Part shown: positions 1 through 8,666 of the stretch, piece by piece | How the letters are laid out: each line of letters begins with the position of its first letter | Position numbering within the stretch: the first letter of the stretch is position 1 | Source of the DNA: Holosporales bacterium | Lineage (GTDB): Bacteria > Pseudomonadota > Alphaproteobacteria > BNTO01 | Assembly: GCA_031290075.1 (NCBI GenBank) | Contig: JAITOG010000033.1 | Coordinates: 1-26,935, forward strand | Length of the DNA: 26,935 nucleotides | Direction: 5' to 3' | Notes under the pieces: generated by a model | Seen by the model: only the letters and a program-made list of their open reading frames with translations | Database searches by the model: none | Told to the model about the DNA's origin: nothing | Made by a program: the position numbers and the translations under genes

Positions 1-34
1 TGTGTTCTGAATTGCAGTGCGGACAGTTTTTCAT
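1..34 (-). CDS. Possible 5' end of a CxxC zinc-ribbon protein running off the window (MKNCPHCNSEH...)
   Basis: ATG at 34-32 reads MKNCPHCNSEH to the window edge. M-x-x-CPxC-x-S resembles the zinc-ribbon starts of several transposases and regulators. Only 11 codons are visible and there is no clear RBS. Confidence 0.3.
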   Translation of the reverse strand, partial: MKNCPHCNSEH

Positions 35-343
35 AAGTAAAGATTTGTAAAATGAGTTGCTCTAAGAAAAATATAGCACATATTCATTACGCGCGCCAAC
101 TAGTTAAGTAAATGTCTCACATTTTTGATATGTTTAGCACACACAATTACAACATTTGTAGGTTTTTTTAAAGTTTTCTAAAAGAAAAAAATCCAAATCA
201 TTATGCCGGAATCTTAGCTTATTTTCGATTGGAAGGGAAATTATAAAGAGGTATACAAATCGAATTTTTCGAAAATTTGAAAAATGGTTTACTTCAAAAT
301 CAAAAAGAAAATGTTTGAGATTTAATCTTGTAGGGATGTAAGC

Positions 344-371
344 TTAAAATATCCATGAAGACAGCTTCTTA
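344..371. repeat. Solo terminal arm of the type-A2 palindromic element, overlapping the acs stop codon
   Basis: ttaaaatatccatgaagacagcttctta is nearly identical to the right arm of the 3138..3312 element. The final tta (369-371) is the acs TAA stop. Confidence 0.8.
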
Positions 372-2300
372 CTTATTTTTATTTAAAACTTGCATTATTA
401 TAGTCTCAATACAAGATGGATTTCCCAAAGTTGTAGTATCTCCAAGATTTTCAAAATCCTTTGAAACGATCTTCCGTAAAATTCGCCTTACTATTTTTCC
501 TGAACGAGTTTTAGGGAGATCTGAGACAAGTAGGATTACATCCGGAGTTGCAATTGGACCAATTTCTTTACGAATATTCTGCTTTATACCTTCGCATAAA
601 TGTTCGCTTTGAATAGAAACATTATTGCGTGGTATAGCAAAAACAAAAATCCCTTGTCCTTTTATATCGTGCGGATATCCTACAACACAAGCTTCTGAAA
701 CTGCTGGATGCGATATAACAGCTCTTTCTAACTCAGCAGAACTCATTCTATGCCCAGAAACATTCAAAACGTCGTCAATACGTCCTAAAACCCAAATATC
801 TCCGTCTTCATCAATTTTTGCCCCATCACCGCTATTATAAAAATTTTCCGAAGAATAAGATTGCTTAAAGCATTGTTGATCTCCCCAAACTCCCATAGCT
901 AACCCTGGCCAGGATTGTTTTATCCAAAGAGCCTCCTTTTCTTCAGGATTTCCCCCAACTTCGTGCAAAATGCGCGGCTCAATTCCAAAAAATGGTTTTG
1001 CTGCACAGCCAGGTTTTTGCGGCTGTTTAAGGAGAGGACAAATTAACACTCCACCAGATTCTGTCTGCCACCACGTATCCATTATTGGGCAATGGGATTT
1101 CCCAATTTTTTCAAAAAACCATTGCCAGGTTGAAGGATCAATTGCCTCGCCAACCGAAGCTAAAATACGTAACGATTCTAATGAAGCATGATTTACAAAA
1201 TCATCCCCCAAGCTACGCAAAGAACGTAAGGCTGTTGGTGCTGTATAAAAAATGGTTACCTTATTTTCATCAATGATTTTCCAAAACCTTGAAGCATCAG
1301 GATAAGTTGGAGTACCTTGAAATAAAACAGTTGTTGCTCCATTAGCAAATGGCCCATAAACACCATATGAATGCCCAGTAATCCAGCCTATGTCTGCCGT
1401 ACAAAAATAAACATCGTTTTCTTGTAAATCAAAAACAAATTTATGTGTTAATGCAACGTAAACTAGATACCCTCCAGTGCTGTGTACTATTCCTCTAGGA
1501 ATTCCCGCAGATCCTGAAGTATGTAAAATGAATAGTGGATCAGTAGCGCACATTTCCGCGTAATCATACACAGGTTGAGTTAGCTTAGAGAGACTTTCAA
1601 AATTAAACTCTTTAATATTTATACTAACAGAATCTGTATTTTTATTTTCCAAAGATTGTCCGACTAATAATACTTTTTCAACTGTATTATTTTTGTTCAA
1701 TAGATTTTCTTTTAGAGCTTCATAAACATTTTTTTTCAAAGAAAAAGTTTTTCCACCACGTGAATTAGTTTCTGTTGTTATAATTAACCTTGGTTTAGCT
1801 TGAACTATGCGAGAAGCCAATGCTGTTGCTGAAAATCCTGCAAAAACAACCGAATGAATTGCGCCAAGTCTGGTACAAGCAAGCATTGCATAAATTGTTT
1901 CTGGAATCGTTGGAAGGTATAAAGTAACAACATCACCCTTTTTAACCCCTAAAGCTTTTAAAACCCCAGAAAATTGACAAACTTTCTCATAAAGCTCGCG
2001 ATATGTTATATGAATGGTTTTTCCTGGCTGATCTGCTTCGAAAATAATAGCAGTTTTATGGGGAGTTTTTTGAGCATGTCTATCAACACAGTTATAACAA
2101 GCATTCAATTTTCCATCTTCAAACCACTTTACATCGGTACTTTTGCTAAAATCTGAACCATTAGCAATTGTTGGTGGCTGAATCCAGTCAAGAATAGAAG
2201 TTTGTTTTAGCCAAAAAGCATTATTATTTTCTAAAGATTCATTATATTCTTTTTGGTAAGAAGCTGGATTTTTAAGGGGATTAAAATTATTTTTAGTCAT
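369..2300 (-). CDS. acs: Acetyl-CoA synthetase (acetate--CoA ligase)
   Basis: WFEDGKLNACYNCVDRH, CTADIGWITGHSY, DTWWQTESGG, GRIDDVLNVSGHR and LPKTRSGK motifs. The ORF opens at 2450, but ATG 2300 (643 aa) gives the usual Acs length. ATG 2360 is an alternative start. Confidence 0.95.
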   Translation of the reverse strand: MTKNNFNPLKNPASYQKEYNESLENNNAFWLKQTSILDWIQPPTIANGSDFSKSTDVKWFEDGKLNACYNCVDRHAQKTPHKTAIIFEADQPGKTIHITYRELYEKVCQFSGVLKALGVKKGDVVTLYLPTIPETIYAMLACTRLGAIHSVVFAGFSATALASRIVQAKPRLIITTETNSRGGKTFSLKKNVYEALKENLLNKNNTVEKVLLVGQSLENKNTDSVSINIKEFNFESLSKLTQPVYDYAEMCATDPLFILHTSGSAGIPRGIVHSTGGYLVYVALTHKFVFDLQENDVYFCTADIGWITGHSYGVYGPFANGATTVLFQGTPTYPDASRFWKIIDENKVTIFYTAPTALRSLRSLGDDFVNHASLESLRILASVGEAIDPSTWQWFFEKIGKSHCPIMDTWWQTESGGVLICPLLKQPQKPGCAAKPFFGIEPRILHEVGGNPEEKEALWIKQSWPGLAMGVWGDQQCFKQSYSSENFYNSGDGAKIDEDGDIWVLGRIDDVLNVSGHRMSSAELERAVISHPAVSEACVVGYPHDIKGQGIFVFAIPRNNVSIQSEHLCEGIKQNIRKEIGPIATPDVILLVSDLPKTRSGKIVRRILRKIVSKDFENLGDTTTLGNPSCIETIIMQVLNKNK

Positions 2301-2564
2301 AACGCAGGAAATCAATGTTATTGGCAATAAAATGGAACTCTTTCTTATTATGTTTAACATAACAGATTTGCTAATACACAACAAAAAAGTATTAAAATAT
2401 TTTGAAGACATAGATCTCGAAAAAACAAGGATTCCTAATTTAATATGCAATATTTTTTAATAGATTAAAAAGAAATAGGGGAATTAAAAAAAATATTGCA
2501 TTCCAAATGAATTACACATAGTATATATATTATCATTTTGTTTTTAAAAAAAAGGTTTAGTTTT

Positions 2565-2942
2565 ATGAAAATGTTTAAGATTTGTTGTTTATTATTAGGT
2601 GTTGCTATTGTTAGCGGATCTAGCCAGGCAGTATTAATTAGTTGGGAAAGAGCAGCAACAGCTGCTAATTTTGTTTTACCTGTCTTTGAACATTTTTTGG
2701 GAAATAGAGTACCGAAAATAGCAGTAGGTGTTAAAGTGGGTTTAGGAGGAATATTAATGGTTGAAGATGGTAGAAATGCTCTTTTAGAATTTAAAAAATG
2801 GAGAAATGAGGAAGAAAATTGGGGAAAATTTTCATTATTCTGTGAAGGTTTTACGCATGTAGGCTTTGCTTTTTCTAGACTATTTACTATAGTCAGGCAA
2901 GCAGTGCCTTTAATTTTTAAAATTGTAAGTAAACTTTCCTAA
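2565..2942 (+). CDS. Hypothetical exported or membrane protein with an N-terminal signal peptide
   Basis: MKMFKICCLLLGVAIVSGSSQA has basic, hydrophobic and small-residue cleavage regions. Fills an otherwise empty interval. The ORF track starts at TTG 2538. Confidence 0.65.
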   Translation: MKMFKICCLLLGVAIVSGSSQAVLISWERAATAANFVLPVFEHFLGNRVPKIAVGVKVGLGGILMVEDGRNALLEFKKWRNEEENWGKFSLFCEGFTHVGFAFSRLFTIVRQAVPLIFKIVSKLS

Positions 2943-2963
2943 ACAAAAGTATAAAAGAATAAT

Positions 2964-3088
2964 TAGGCCCTGTGAGTATACCTCTTTACTAAAGATTGAG
3001 GATTTTGGCTGGAGGAAGATGTAGAAAAAAAAAGCTTAATCTTCTTTTTAAATCTTAATCATTAGGTGGAAGGGTTTCACAGGACCTA
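2964..3088. mobile_element. MITE-like element (about 121 bp) with terminal inverted repeats and TA flanks
   Basis: aattaggccctgtga (2961-2975) and tcacaggacctaatt (3077-3091) are inverted repeats with 1 mismatch. TA flanks both ends of GGCCCTGTGA...TCACAGGACC. The interior is non-coding. Confidence 0.6.
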
Positions 3089-3137
3089 ATTTTTATGAAA
3101 AAATAGAGTTTAAATGTATGGTTTATTTTCAAAATTC

Positions 3138-3312
3138 TTAGAAGCTGTCTTCATGGATAATTTTAACCGGTGCTCGAATCCTCGTGAGGTTTGGGGGAAA
3201 TCTGTGATTTTCCCCCCCAATGCCCCTCACGTACGTCAAAGTACACTCCGGTTCTGCGCTCCGTTTTTCCTTAAAAACCCTCCCTTAAAATATCCATAAA
3301 GACAGCTTCTTA
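3138..3312. repeat. Palindromic element type A2 (RPE-like core with agaagctgtcttcatggata arms)
   Basis: Arms agaagctgtcttcatggataattttaa / ttaaaatatccataaagacagcttct. The core is nearly identical to the 26270 copy and homologous to the type A1 copies. Confidence 0.9.
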
Positions 3313-3314
3313 GC

Positions 3315-3806
3315 TTAATTTTCCAAATCAGGGCGAACTCTATTTTTAACCACAAAATGATTATATGAAATATCTTGCCACGTTTTCACATTCGCTTCTA
3401 ACAAAACCAATTCACAAGTAGAAAGTTTATTGCTTTGCCCTGGAATAATATCATTTAGAAATTGTGAGAGCCCTGGATTATGCCCTACAATGAGGATTTT
3501 GTTGTAAATTGAGGGAGTCCATTGAATTTTATCTAAAAGTCCTATAGAAGATATTTGAGGCAAAGAATCATCAAACATAAATCTTGTTTTAGTGGGAACA
3601 ACAGAATATATTGCTTGAAATGTTTGTTTGGCTCGTTTTAATCCTGAGCACAAAACAAAATCAACATCTTTAAGGATGTCATGAGTAGAAGCTACAATTT
3701 GTTCAATTTGTAGAAGACCTGTCATACTTATAGATTTTTCTTTTTCATATCCTGAAAAATTTGCTGGATATGAATCTGCATGTCGCATAAGTATAACAAT
3801 TTTCAT
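3315..3806 (-). CDS. sixA: Phosphohistidine phosphatase SixA (histidine phosphatase family)
   Basis: N-terminal LMRHADS (RHG-type motif), CSGLKRAKQT and VGHNPGL; 163 aa. Confidence 0.85.
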   Translation of the reverse strand: MKIVILMRHADSYPANFSGYEKEKSISMTGLLQIEQIVASTHDILKDVDFVLCSGLKRAKQTFQAIYSVVPTKTRFMFDDSLPQISSIGLLDKIQWTPSIYNKILIVGHNPGLSQFLNDIIPGQSNKLSTCELVLLEANVKTWQDISYNHFVVKNRVRPDLEN

Positions 3807-3918
3807 TTATTTACCCCAAAATTTGTCATTCGTTTTTTATTAATACTTTCTCTTCTATACTAATTGTAGGATGCTTTTTTGTATTGAGTAAAGAGTGTTT
3901 AAAAATTGTAAAGAAAAA

Positions 3919-4971
3919 ATGGATATTGAAGAAAAGATTCCCTGGATTCGATTAGCAATTTCAAAGGGAATTGGACCAATTACATTTTGGAATTTACTGA
4001 AAAAGGCAAATGGGTCTGCGAAAAATGCTTTAAATTTGGTGGATGAAATTTCTTCAGAAGAAGCTGCAGAAGATCTATTAATACAACATAATAAATCTGG
4101 ATTTTGCATACTTACAGCTTATGAAAAATATTTTCCTCAAAAATTAAAGCTAATAAAAGATTGTCCACCTATACTCAGTGTAAAAGGGAATTTGGAATTA
4201 TTAAATAAGCGTTCAATTGCAATAGTTGGTGCAAGAAACGCATCTTTATTAGGAAAAATTTTTGCATTGAAAATTGCCAAAAGTATTGGAACAAACGGTT
4301 TTGCTGTTGTTTCTGGAATGGCACGTGGAATTGATTGTTCTGCTCATGAAGGAAGCATCGAAACTGGAACTATTGCCATTTTTGCAGGAGGGCTTGATAT
4401 TATATATCCTCCCGAAAATGCTAACCTTTGCGACTCAATTTTAAAAAATAAAGGAGTAATTATTTCCGAAATGATGCCAGGAACTCCTATAGATCCTTCG
4501 CTTTTTCCAAGACGTAACAGAATTATTGCAGGTGTTTCTGAAGGAGTTGTTCTTATCGAAGCCGCAATAAAGTCTGGCTCTCTTATTACCGCAAAATTTG
4601 CACTTGAACAAGGAAAAGAAGTTTTTGCAGTTCCTGGAAACCCATCTGATCCACGTTCAAAAGGATGCAATTTGCTTATAAAACAAGGGGCCGTTCTTGT
4701 TGATTCTGTTGAAGATATTTTAAGCTGCTTTAACCTGAATTCCCCAAAGGTGGAGCAAATACAAGAATCTGTGGATATATTTCCCATAAAAGAGGATACC
4801 CTTTCTTTAAAAACATCCATTTTATCAGAACTTAGTACTACGCCAATTTCCATAGAAATATTATTTCAACACCAAAACTGCGGTTTACCAAATCTTTTAG
4901 TTGCTCTTGGAGAGCTAGAAGCAGAAGGAAAAATAAGAAGATATGCAAATAGCGAGGTTTCTTTGTTGTAG
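3919..4971 (+). CDS. dprA: DNA-processing protein DprA/Smf
   Basis: IAIVGARNAS, VVSGMARGIDCSAH, SEMMPGT, FPRRNRIIAG, SGSLITA, EVFAVPG and a C-terminal winged-helix region. The ORF track starts at GTG 3895; ATG 3919 is preferred. Confidence 0.95.
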   Translation: MDIEEKIPWIRLAISKGIGPITFWNLLKKANGSAKNALNLVDEISSEEAAEDLLIQHNKSGFCILTAYEKYFPQKLKLIKDCPPILSVKGNLELLNKRSIAIVGARNASLLGKIFALKIAKSIGTNGFAVVSGMARGIDCSAHEGSIETGTIAIFAGGLDIIYPPENANLCDSILKNKGVIISEMMPGTPIDPSLFPRRNRIIAGVSEGVVLIEAAIKSGSLITAKFALEQGKEVFAVPGNPSDPRSKGCNLLIKQGAVLVDSVEDILSCFNLNSPKVEQIQESVDIFPIKEDTLSLKTSILSELSTTPISIEILFQHQNCGLPNLLVALGELEAEGKIRRYANSEVSLL

Positions 4972-4992
4972 TATTAAAATCAAAGGTATTTA

Positions 4993-6522
4993 ATGAGCTT
5001 TAAGAATTTTTATTTTTCAGATTTTTTTGCTAAAGATCGCCGGTTTTTGAATGCTATCTGGAATCAAGATTCATTTTTTTGTGCAATTAAAGAACAGTAT
5101 TTTATTTTCCAAGAACAAACATTACAATGTATTTCACAATTACCAATTTCTACAAAGGAAAAGAAAAGAATATTTTTTTGGACTAAATTTTTATTTGATG
5201 CTTATTCTCCAAGCAATTTCCCTTTTACAAATCCGGAGGTTTTACAAAAAACCATTTTGCAAAAGGGGGAAAACTTTTTAGCTGGAATTAGAAATTTTTT
5301 GAATGATGTACTAGTAACTCCGGGCCTTTTTCCTCCACTTACAAATACTCAACCCTTCAAATTAGGGGAAAACATTGCAACAACAAAAGGGGGAGTTGTT
5401 TTTCAAAATGACCTTTTCCAACTAATTCAATATAATCCAACTAAAAAGTATACGCATAAGGCTCCTATTTTGCTTATTCCTGCATGGATTAATAAATATT
5501 ACCTTTTTGATCTATCCAATGAAAAATCGTTTGTAAAATTCAATTTAGAGCAAGGCAGAACTGTATTTGTTTTATCCTGGGTTAACCCCAAAAATTCAAA
5601 ATTTACTCTAGAAAATTATTTGAATTTAGGAATTAAAACAGCAATAGATGCTGTGTGTAGTATTAATAAAAAATATCTTAATACTTTATCAACAGTTCCT
5701 GTAAACATTGTTTCAATGTGTGTAAGTGGAACATTTTTGTTAATGAAATTAGCTGAATTAGCGGCTACTGAAAGCTTAGCCCAAGTTGGCTCCGTAACAC
5801 TTCTTATGTCTCCATTTAATTTCAAGTACCTTGAATGGATGCAACTTTTTATTTCCAAGGACATGCTAAATTGCTTTAAAAAGCAATTAGATAGCACAAA
5901 AGATAGCGTGCTGATTGGTACAGTTTTAACAAAGATTTTCTGCTGTTTGCGCGCTAATGATTTAATTTGGCCAAACTATGTTGAAAGATATCTTTTAGGT
6001 AATGAATTGCCCACTATAGACTTTTTATATTGGAACCACGATTCCCCGCGAATTTCCCTTCAGCTATTGTATAACTATTTAGAAGATGTATATTTCAAAA
6101 ATTTGTTTTTCTCGAAAAAAAAGGATAAAAAAACTATTTTTTTTCGAAAAAACTTAAAAAAAATAAAAAATCCCTTTTTTATATTCGGAACTGAAAAAGA
6201 CCATCTTGTCCCTTGGAGATCATGCTACTCTGCAGCTCAACATTTGGAAAATGCAAAGTTTGTTTTGGGGGGAGCTGGGCATGTTGTAGGTTGTATGAAT
6301 TCGCCAAGTTCGGAGAAATATCATTATTATGAGAATTGCGAACAAAATGTAAGCGCTAATCTTTCTTCAAAAGAATGGTTCAAGTCTACAAAAAAAAAGC
6401 CTGGTTCTTGGTGGGTTTCTTGGAATGATTGGCAAAAACAATTTGATTTAGAAGAAATTCCTGCTTTTGCCAATTTTCCATATTTTGAAGCTGCTCCAGG
6501 AAGTTATTGCCAAGCCCCATAA
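4993..6522 (+). CDS. phaC: Polyhydroxyalkanoate synthase (class I-like, N-terminally short)
   Basis: SPSNFPFTNPEVL, GENIATTKGGVVFQNDLFQLIQY, PAWINKYYLFDL, LYWNHD, catalytic-type Cys (SMCVSG), Asp (EKDHLVPW) and His (GAGHVVG), plus GSWW and EAAPGSY. Confidence 0.9.
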   Translation: MSFKNFYFSDFFAKDRRFLNAIWNQDSFFCAIKEQYFIFQEQTLQCISQLPISTKEKKRIFFWTKFLFDAYSPSNFPFTNPEVLQKTILQKGENFLAGIRNFLNDVLVTPGLFPPLTNTQPFKLGENIATTKGGVVFQNDLFQLIQYNPTKKYTHKAPILLIPAWINKYYLFDLSNEKSFVKFNLEQGRTVFVLSWVNPKNSKFTLENYLNLGIKTAIDAVCSINKKYLNTLSTVPVNIVSMCVSGTFLLMKLAELAATESLAQVGSVTLLMSPFNFKYLEWMQLFISKDMLNCFKKQLDSTKDSVLIGTVLTKIFCCLRANDLIWPNYVERYLLGNELPTIDFLYWNHDSPRISLQLLYNYLEDVYFKNLFFSKKKDKKTIFFRKNLKKIKNPFFIFGTEKDHLVPWRSCYSAAQHLENAKFVLGGAGHVVGCMNSPSSEKYHYYENCEQNVSANLSSKEWFKSTKKKPGSWWVSWNDWQKQFDLEEIPAFANFPYFEAAPGSYCQAP

Positions 6523-6600
6523 ATGTGGGAATCAAACAATCAGACACTTTTGAGATTTTTTAAAATAGATAAATGCTTGAACACCCTGCATTTTACTCGA

Positions 6601-8439
6601 CTATTTTCCTAAGACACTTTGCAAGGTATTTGCTTCAGCATTATTTTTAAAAGGGCCAACTAATACTTTATAGTAAACTTGCCCATTTGGATGCTTTTCA
6701 AAACGAACATTTATATTATATTTACTTAATATCGTATGCTTTTTTCTTAGGTTTAAAATTTCTTTATTTGCCTCTTGCTTAGAGGTAAAAATACCTAACT
6801 GAACATAAAAAAGCTTTTTAGGAGAAACATTATTTTTCTCCGTTTTTTCTCCCCGTTTTTTGATTTTGGAAGCACTTTTTTCTTTTTTTATTAATGTTTT
6901 CTTTTCAACAGTATTATTGGTTGTAAGTGGTTTTCCTTCCAAAGAATTATTTAAAAAAGGAGGAGGCGTTTTTACTTTAATCTTTTCTTCTTCTTTTTTC
7001 TCTAAATATTTTTTTAAATTCTCTTTTTTTGATGATTTATTTGAGTAATCTAAATATTCATCACTTTCAACTTCTTCTTTTTTTTCTTCCCCTTCTCCTT
7101 CATCTTCCCCTTTCTCTTCATCTGTTGGAATATTTGGAGCAAAATTGGTTGTTGGAAGAATATGTTCTTCGCTTTTTTCCTTTTCCTCATTGTGATCAAG
7201 TTTGCCATAAATAAGCTCATCTTGATAAGGAACAAGCTGCATTTCAGATTTTTCTGGTTTTACTTTTATTTTACTTGGAGTTTTAATAACAATTAACTCA
7301 TCATTATTAGATGTAGAAACACCATTGTATACTTTCAAAAATATAATCCCACAAATTATTGAAGACAAAAGGAAAGAGGAAAAAATTATTTTTGCTTTTA
7401 ATATTCCATTAATTTTATAAGGTTCACTTATAGCTTGGGCTTTCTGAAATGAAGACTTTTTCTGTTCTTTCGGGTTTATAATAGGAACTACTTTTTCTGG
7501 GGGATCTAATTTTAGGTTTTTAAAATCGCGAATTTGTTCATTTAAAACTTCTGCTTGAGCATTATTATTATTAACGCTCTTTTTATTTTCCTCATCAAAT
7601 GAAAAGTCTAGTAAACGTTGTTTAAGATCGATTTTGAATGGTTGCGGTTCTTGGCCTAGATTTTTTAATGGCCATGTTGTTGTTTCTTTATATTTTTGCT
7701 GAGAATACGAAGTATTATTCAGGTATGGCGAAGTAGCAAGAGAGAGTTTATTAGACTTTCGTAATTCAATAGGCTTCTTTCGTAACTCAATTTCTTCTGG
7801 GAATTTGTTAGTTGCTTCGATACTCGAATCCTCATGGGGTTTGGGGGGAATCTGTGATCCCCCCAAATGCCCCTCATGTATATTTAGCATACTCCGGTTC
7901 TGCGCTTCGGATGCTCCTTCAAATTTGCCAGAAAAAATAGGTTTCGAAAGTCTATTATAATTATAATTATTATTATCTGAGAAACCTGTTGATGGAAGTA
8001 TACAATCATGGCTTGAGGGAAGGGGAGGAGGAAGTATTTCTTTGTGTATAGATTCTTCTGTAACTTTAGGTGATGGCTGAATTGTAGGAATGAAAACTTG
8101 AGGCTCTTTTCTATTTTTTAAACTACCATTAATCCATTCGGAAAAAGGATCATAATTTTGTTTTTCTTTTAATTTTCCCTCTTTTTTAGTTAGTTTAGGT
8201 GAAGATTTTTTCAAAATAGCGCTACTTTTTGATGCCTTTAATTCGGGGAACAAAGTGTTATGTTCTAAGAAATTATTTTTTTCTGTAGCTTCAATAGGAA
8301 GGTCAGAAAAACTATTTTTTTTTGTTTTTTCTCCTTTTAAAAAATCTACAGACGACGAATCCCATGGATCTTTATCATTCTCTAGAGTATCAGAAAAATA
8401 CGAATTTTTTTCTTCTAGAAAAAAAAATCTCATAACCAC
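6601..8439 (-). CDS. SPOR-domain cell-division protein, FtsN-like, with an in-frame palindromic element insert
   Basis: Single TM (IIFSSFLLSSIICGIIFL) followed by IKVKP..VPYQD..IY. C-terminal SPOR motifs FYVQLGIF...YYKVLVGPF. Long low-complexity N-terminal region. Confidence 0.85.
   Translation of the reverse strand: MVMRFFFLEEKNSYFSDTLENDKDPWDSSSVDFLKGEKTKKNSFSDLPIEATEKNNFLEHNTLFPELKASKSSAILKKSSPKLTKKEGKLKEKQNYDPFSEWINGSLKNRKEPQVFIPTIQPSPKVTEESIHKEILPPPLPSSHDCILPSTGFSDNNNYNYNRLSKPIFSGKFEGASEAQNRSMLNIHEGHLGGSQIPPKPHEDSSIEATNKFPEEIELRKKPIELRKSNKLSLATSPYLNNTSYSQQKYKETTTWPLKNLGQEPQPFKIDLKQRLLDFSFDEENKKSVNNNNAQAEVLNEQIRDFKNLKLDPPEKVVPIINPKEQKKSSFQKAQAISEPYKINGILKAKIIFSSFLLSSIICGIIFLKVYNGVSTSNNDELIVIKTPSKIKVKPEKSEMQLVPYQDELIYGKLDHNEEKEKSEEHILPTTNFAPNIPTDEEKGEDEGEGEEKKEEVESDEYLDYSNKSSKKENLKKYLEKKEEEKIKVKTPPPFLNNSLEGKPLTTNNTVEKKTLIKKEKSASKIKKRGEKTEKNNVSPKKLFYVQLGIFTSKQEANKEILNLRKKHTILSKYNINVRFEKHPNGQVYYKVLVGPFKNNAEANTLQSVLGK
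7770..7954 (-). repeat. Palindromic element type A1 (RPE1-like) inserted in frame in the SPOR gene
   Basis: Homologous across its length to the intergenic copies at 15476 and 21037. Translates as RLSKPIFSGKFEGASEAQNRS...HEDSSIEATNKFPEEIELRKKP. An 18-nt end duplication extends it to 7752. Confidence 0.9.
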
Positions 8440-8470
8440 CTATAGCTTCTGCTTAAAATTAAAACAAAAA

Positions 8471-8495
8471 AAATATCCATGAAGACAGCTTCTTA
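8471..8495. repeat. Solo terminal arm of the type-A2 palindromic element
   Basis: aaatatccatgaagacagcttctta is identical to the arm at 347-371. Confidence 0.8.
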
Positions 8496-8666
8496 TAAAG
8501 ATTCTCCTATTCAATACGATAATACATTTATTATTACGATTTTTCAAAGAAAGATATTGATATTAAAAAATACTAAATATATAATTTATGAATGGGGTCG
8601 GGTTATGACGAACTTGTTTTATAAGTAAATTAAAAGCTTGTTTTATAATTTAAGGAGTATTGTTCT

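Noticed and set aside
172-318. Protein-like plus-strand frame (NPNHYAGILAYFRLEGKL*RGIQIEFF...)
   Set aside because: No start, an internal stop and no recognisable family. It cannot be told from chance without a database search.
355-2156. Plus-strand ORFs 355..612, 625..840, 970..1191, 1085..1276 and 1974..2156
   Set aside because: Antisense shadows of acs with no recognisable motifs; the 355 ORF starts in a repeat arm.
3114-3299. 61-aa ORF
   Set aside because: Lies almost entirely within the A2 palindromic element, so it is repeat-derived.
6548-6573. ttttgagattttttaaaatagataaa resembles 26687-26712
   Set aside because: About 24/26 identity, but almost entirely A/T, so a chance match is plausible. 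No third full copy was seen.
3855-8482. ORFs 3855..4109, 4344..4853, 5051..5281, 5616..5897, 6860..7048, 7029..7214, 7050..7235 and 8255..8482
   Set aside because: Alternative-frame or antisense overlaps of dprA, phaC and the SPOR gene, several caused by low-complexity sequence.
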